Source: the human T2T-CHM13v2.0 reference genome, Homo sapiens. Taken from it: DNA of 64,000 bases. The translations under genes were made by a program, and so were the position numbers. Where the stretch lies: assembly GCF_009914755.1 (NCBI RefSeq), contig NC_060929.1, one strand, 5' to 3'. Below the pieces are notes generated by a model. That model had not been told where the DNA came from, did not search any database, and worked only from the letters and a program-made list of their open reading frames with translations. Shown piece by piece: positions 59,063-64,000 of the stretch (the stretch's first letter is position 1; the number at the start of each line of letters is the position of its first letter).

Positions 59063-59879
59063 AACTACTATTTTTGAAGAACTAAAAAAGTATAGTAAAA
59101 TATGTGGAATATGGAAGTGAAATCCAAGAGAGGAGTGTTTAAAGAAACAGAGATGTGTACAGTGTTACATGATGCTAAGAAGATAAAAAAGGGAAGAACA
59201 GGAAAGTGTCCATTGGATTAAATAGCAGAAAAGTCATTTTTACTTTGGTAGGAGTGATGATGGAGAGAAAATTGAAATCATTCAGTGGAAACTCCCACTG
59301 TTTTCCACCTTTAAGCCTAGAATTCAGTACTATTCATGTCACGAAGGGTCCAAGTATGTTATAAAATTTAGCTTTTCTTGTGGCTCAAACCTCACAATTG
59401 GACAAAGAAGAATCTCTTTCCTCAAGTAGAATCTTAGGCTGACACTGACCTTTCTCTTGCTAGGACATTTGATGTGCAGATGGACCTAGGAATAAGCTAT
59501 TCTCATTTGTTTACTTCCAGACTGGAAAATTCCTTTTTGAAATGAATTACTAGAGAGTAAGTAAAACTTTATCCCATTCCCAATGTCCTTCTAACTTGGT
59601 GATTTCTTTCCCAAAAGAGGGTCATAAATCATCTGAATTGTCCCCTGATTTGTTCAGTGTCTACAGCATAGGTTTTATTAAATCAGTGATTATATTAGTT
59701 AAATGAGTGAAAGAAGGAATGAATAAAGGAGTGAATGAGATACATCATATAAAGTAGGTTCTTGGTTAAAATCCTCTGTTTTCAATTTTCATTCTTTTTT
59801 TTCTGTAAGATACATACGTATATACAGATACACATACACATACGTATATACGTACACATACGTATATACAGAATTCTAA

Positions 59880-60610
59880 TCATTTCTAATTACCTCTACT
59901 ACTATTTTCCTGATTCAACAACTATAGTTTCTCACCTGAATTATTGCAATCACCTCCTAATTGTTCTCCCTGCTAGGTTGACACGGTAACTTCCATTTCC
60001 AATTCAGTAGTCAAAATGATTCTTTTAAAACATCTCAAATCACGTCACCTTCCAATAGCTTCCAATGACGTGGCGATATCGGAGCAAAAGAAAATGTTCT
60101 TCCATTACATTGGCTTATAATACCTTTTAATATCTTGCTCTTTCCAGTCTCTCATATTGCAACTTTTGCATATGTTGCATATGTTTGCATTGCATCCTGT
60201 CCTACAACTTTTCCCTATGCTTTCTAAACTTCAGCATCCTAGCCCTTCTTCAAACATGCCAAGCACACTTCTACCTCATGGCCCAACCTCACGTACTCTT
60301 CCTCCTGCCTGAAACATTCATTCTCCAATAATCACATGGCTTGCTTTCTCTTATTTGTGCTCAAATAGTTTTTATTAGAAAGGCCATCTTTGACAACCAG
60401 AAATAAACTTCACCCTTACCCCTATTGTTTTTCCTTTCTTTGTTATCTTGCTTTATTTTTCTTAATTCTTATTTGTTACCATATTTTATATTTATATTTT
60501 TGTTTGTTTACCATCTATCTTCCAGTTAATAAACCTGAAGTTGTAAATTCTAGGCCATTATGGGCTTTGTGGCCAGCACAAAGCAAGTGTGTATTGGTAA
60601 ATTAGTTAAT
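59880..60610 (+). mobile_element. L2a-type 3' region
   Basis: tctcacctgaattattgcaatcacctcctaattgttctccctgct...aaacatgccaagcacacttctacctca. Confidence 0.75.
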
Positions 60611-60779
60611 AGGATATCATTTTTTATCTTGGTTTCCGGATTTTGGCTTACAAAATGCTACTCCTAGTTCATCATTGGGTTTAGTGATTTACCTTTCTTG
60701 CCATTTCCCAATGTTTTCGCATTTGATTAAACAAATAAACAAAAAAGCAAGAAAATAAGCATAGAGGCATATAGAGAAT

Positions 60780-61960
60780 CCTAACAATAAATTTTATTAG
60801 AGTGCGGTAAAAATTAAGAAATATTCATGAAATGATAATGGCTTCTGATGATGTTTCAAATTGCTGGAGGTTTGGCTAAGTTGGGGAGATCTGGACAGGC
60901 TGCTACAGATGTCTCCAGCACTGGAACTGAAGGCTTGAGGAGCAGGCCAAGTTTGCATAAGTAAGTTGGAATTCATCCAGTCATCATTCTTTGCAGGCAT
61001 TTTAATTGATTTAAATTGTTGCAATTAGCACTAAAAACCATTATTTATCTATTTCAGCATTTTAATCGGAGTGCCATGTACTCATTAAAATGCACATTTT
61101 GTATAAAGCTCATGATCAATCTGCCCCTTGGCCTGAAAATTTGGCACTACAACCCCTGTGCCAAGGAAGTGTCCCTTTGTCTTGTGGCAATTGGGGAGGT
61201 GGCAACCTCAGTCCAGAATACAGATGGTGATTGAAAACAATGCAATTCAACCTTCTAAACATGACCTTGACTAGGCTGCACAGGTCTCCCTGTGCCCTAT
61301 AAATTACAGGTAATTACGCAGAAATAGGAGAGAGGCTCATTCTCTTGAGTCACCAGTGAAGTGCAACTGATTTCACTTAAGGCTGAGCAGCAGTAAAGTA
61401 TATTAATATCAGCTTAATTTGTGGTAATTGAGGTAGTAATAAAGAATTACCCCTGGAATATTTTATTCCCATGATTATCTGGGTGTTTAAACTATGGGAG
61501 TGATTTTTGTTGGTCATAGTATAAAATATCCCATTCTCTCCCATCAGGAACTTAGTGTAATTATCGTCTGGCAGACAACACTGTGTTCAGCCATTTCCCC
61601 TGTCCCTTGGATGCATTTTTATTAGCCGAACCATCAAGTAACCTTATTTATTATTCTAGATAGAAGCATTTTGATCTCATTAACATGGATAATTTTCTCC
61701 AAACTTATGTAGTCATACTGCAGCCAAAGCTCCCTTTATGACAATTAAGATATACTGTTTTTTCATCGGGTGCCCTAATATACAATTAAGATACCATTCA
61801 AATCAGTAAATTTATTAGTATATTAACACACTAATTGGATTACAAACACATCCTCTTATTTCTGAAATGTTTATGATTTAATTGACTTGTTTAAACTAAT
61901 TTTCATCTCCCCGTGCAATTATAGTTTGTTGTTAATTGAACTTATTTACACATGGAATAC
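60780..61960. promoter_or_regulatory. Candidate conserved non-coding element / enhancer
   Basis: No recognisable repeat; dense TAAT(T)/CAATTA cores, AACAATG (61236-61242), TGACCTTGA (61262-61270); inferred from motifs only. Confidence 0.3.
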
Positions 61961-62579
61961 TGATACTGTATTCCCTTGTACCATGGAAATAGATCTAAAG
62001 GTCTCATCAGAGGGCTAAATTTTTGGCTTTATTCTTTGGGCACCTGAAACTGCTACCAGAGATAATAATGATCATGTGATATTCATTTGCTGAAATGTGT
62101 AAGAATTAGTTGCAGTAACTTCTAGAAATAAGCATGATTCCATTAGTTTACAATTATTGACTTATTCATGCACACTATATGTGGAAGAATTACTACTTTA
62201 AAAACATTCTTTTCCTCCCTCCCTAATTCAGTTATGGGTCCATAACTGAGATGGCCAAGGCCAGTGTCGCAGAGATAATGGGATATGGTGATGTATTTTG
62301 GAATGCTGGCAATCTGCTCTGCTGTTTCCATGTCTGGAATGCTCCCTGAATTAAATATTTTAAAGAGAGTCAAAGAGACATGCATGCACATTTATGAAAA
62401 GTAATTCCAAATGCATTATAATGCCTAATGGTAATGGTTTACTTTCAGGAGTAAATTTCATGGCTTGAGCTTGTATGTTGTCCTAGAGAAAGGTAGCTAA
62501 GATGTAAAAAGAATTGCTTGCGATAATTCTGAGGACTTTTAGCACTGTGGTTTTCCTCCTTGCAGCTTCAAATTTCTTC

Positions 62580-64000
62580 TCTTTTCATTATTTTTGTTGT
62601 GAATTATAACCCACATTCAGAGAAGCACATAAAACAAAGATGAATACCTGTGTGACCACTCCCTAGATCAGGAAATAGAATGTTACCTGCATGTCTCAGC
62701 TCTCCTTTCTGTCTCCTCTCAGGGCCTCTTAATAAAGGTTACTGACTTTCATGGGAATTACTTTTCTGCTTTTCCTTATAATTGTATACCTAAGTCTCCA
62801 TTCTTAAACACTATAGTATAGCTTTATTGGCTCTTAGCTTTATGTGGGCAGGTACACAGTATGTATTCTTTTGTGTCAGGGTCTTTTACCTTAATAATCT
62901 TTGTGAGTCTGTGTTCAATATCCAAGTTGCGTGTAGCTATAGTTTACTTATTTTTATTGCTGTATAGTATTGAATTGGATGAACATAACCAAATGTTGTG
63001 TCCATTCCATTGTTGATGAACATTCTGGTTGTCTCCAGATTGGAACGATGACATATAAATGCTACTTTCAGGTATTCGCTGAAGTGAAATTGCCAGACCA
63101 AAGTTGCACAATTTACTTCTTCAAAGTAGCTCAGGAGGAGTCCCATTATTTCACTTTCTTGCTCACCTTTATTGTCCATCTTTTTACCCTGTGCAATGGT
63201 ATTTAGCTCTGATTTTAATTAGCATTTTCCTGATGACTAATGAGGCCTAGAAACTTTATATTTATATTGACATTTTGGAGAATTCCTTTTGTGCAGTGCC
63301 CACTAAAATCATCTGCCCATTTTTCTATCGAGTTTTTATGAACTTTCTCTTACTGTGTTTTGGCAAATTTCATTTATTCTGGATGTAGTCTTTTGGTATC
63401 TGTGTTAGACATATCTTTTCTTATTATGCGTCTTGACTTTTACTTACCCATATCTTTCAATGAGCAGAAGGTCTCATTTTATTTTTTTGTTTGAAGTCAT
63501 GATGATATTTGGCTATATTATTTTCTACAAGTAAGTTACATTGTCATTTACATTTAAATATATAATTCATTTAGAATTAATCTTAGTATATGGTGTGAGG
63601 TAGGTGTCTGTCTTCTTTTTCTTGTATGGTGTGAATTTGGTGAGTTGTATATTTCAAGAAATTTTTCCATTTTTTCTAAGTATTTGAATTTGTTGGCATA
63701 CAATGTTGATAATTTCTTTTTTAATTGTTAGTAAGAACTGTACTGGTTACTCTCTTGTGTTCATGATATTGCAGATTTGTATTGCTTCTTTTTTTCTTTA
63801 GTTCAGCAATGTGTTTCTTGGTTTCATTGATCTTTACATAAAATGAACTTTGGCTTATTAATTTTCTGAATTGTTTTTCATTTTAAAATTTCATTTACCT
63901 TTGTTCTTCTTATTTCCTTCCTTCTTTTTGCTTCACTTTTTATTTTCCTTTTCAGTGTTCTTCAGGTACTACCCTAGGTCAGCATTTAAAGCTGAAAGTT
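62580..64000 (-). mobile_element. Old L1ME/MD fragments
   Basis: gtgtgaccactccctagatcaggaaatagaa...attgctgtatagtatt...ttgatgaacattctggttgt...tatggtgtgaggtagg; T-rich ORF2 antisense at the window end. Confidence 0.7.

Noticed and set aside
59809-59871. Palindromic TACGTATATACGTA tract
   Set aside because: Low-complexity (TA/CA) microsatellite decay; the self-complementarity is trivial
62143-62391. 82-aa minus ORF with an acceptor-like ttaattcAG before GSIPDMETAEQ
   Set aside because: No recognisable homology, no clear donor, and opposite to the inferred host strand

Overview
AT-rich primate (most likely human or great-ape) non-coding DNA, roughly half made of interspersed repeats. I found no credible protein-coding exon, CpG island, tRNA/rRNA or prokaryotic system; the long ORFs in the track belong to LINE-1, THE1/MaLR or Alu. 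Main elements: a ~6 kb L1PA4-6-type LINE-1 with a twin-priming 5' inversion, a complete THE1A provirus nested in an MLT1A LTR, a 5'-intact/3'-missing L1MA-type element, eight Alus, a U6 retrocopy, many old LTR/DNA/MIR/L2 fragments, several STRs and a higher-order minisatellite. Nearly all L1 DNA is on the minus strand, which suggests a long intron of a + strand transcription unit (inference). Most unusual observations: (1) the inversion turns the L1 antisense promoter and ORF0 toward ORF2, giving a 130-aa ORF0 chimera; (2) a ~64-bp young L1 tail whose 5' junction carries a perfect 29-bp inverted copy of its own target flank; (3) two dispersed local duplications of unique sequence. I see no support for a wholly new biological system. 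Subfamily names come from recognition by eye, not a Dfam search, and boundaries of old elements are approximate.
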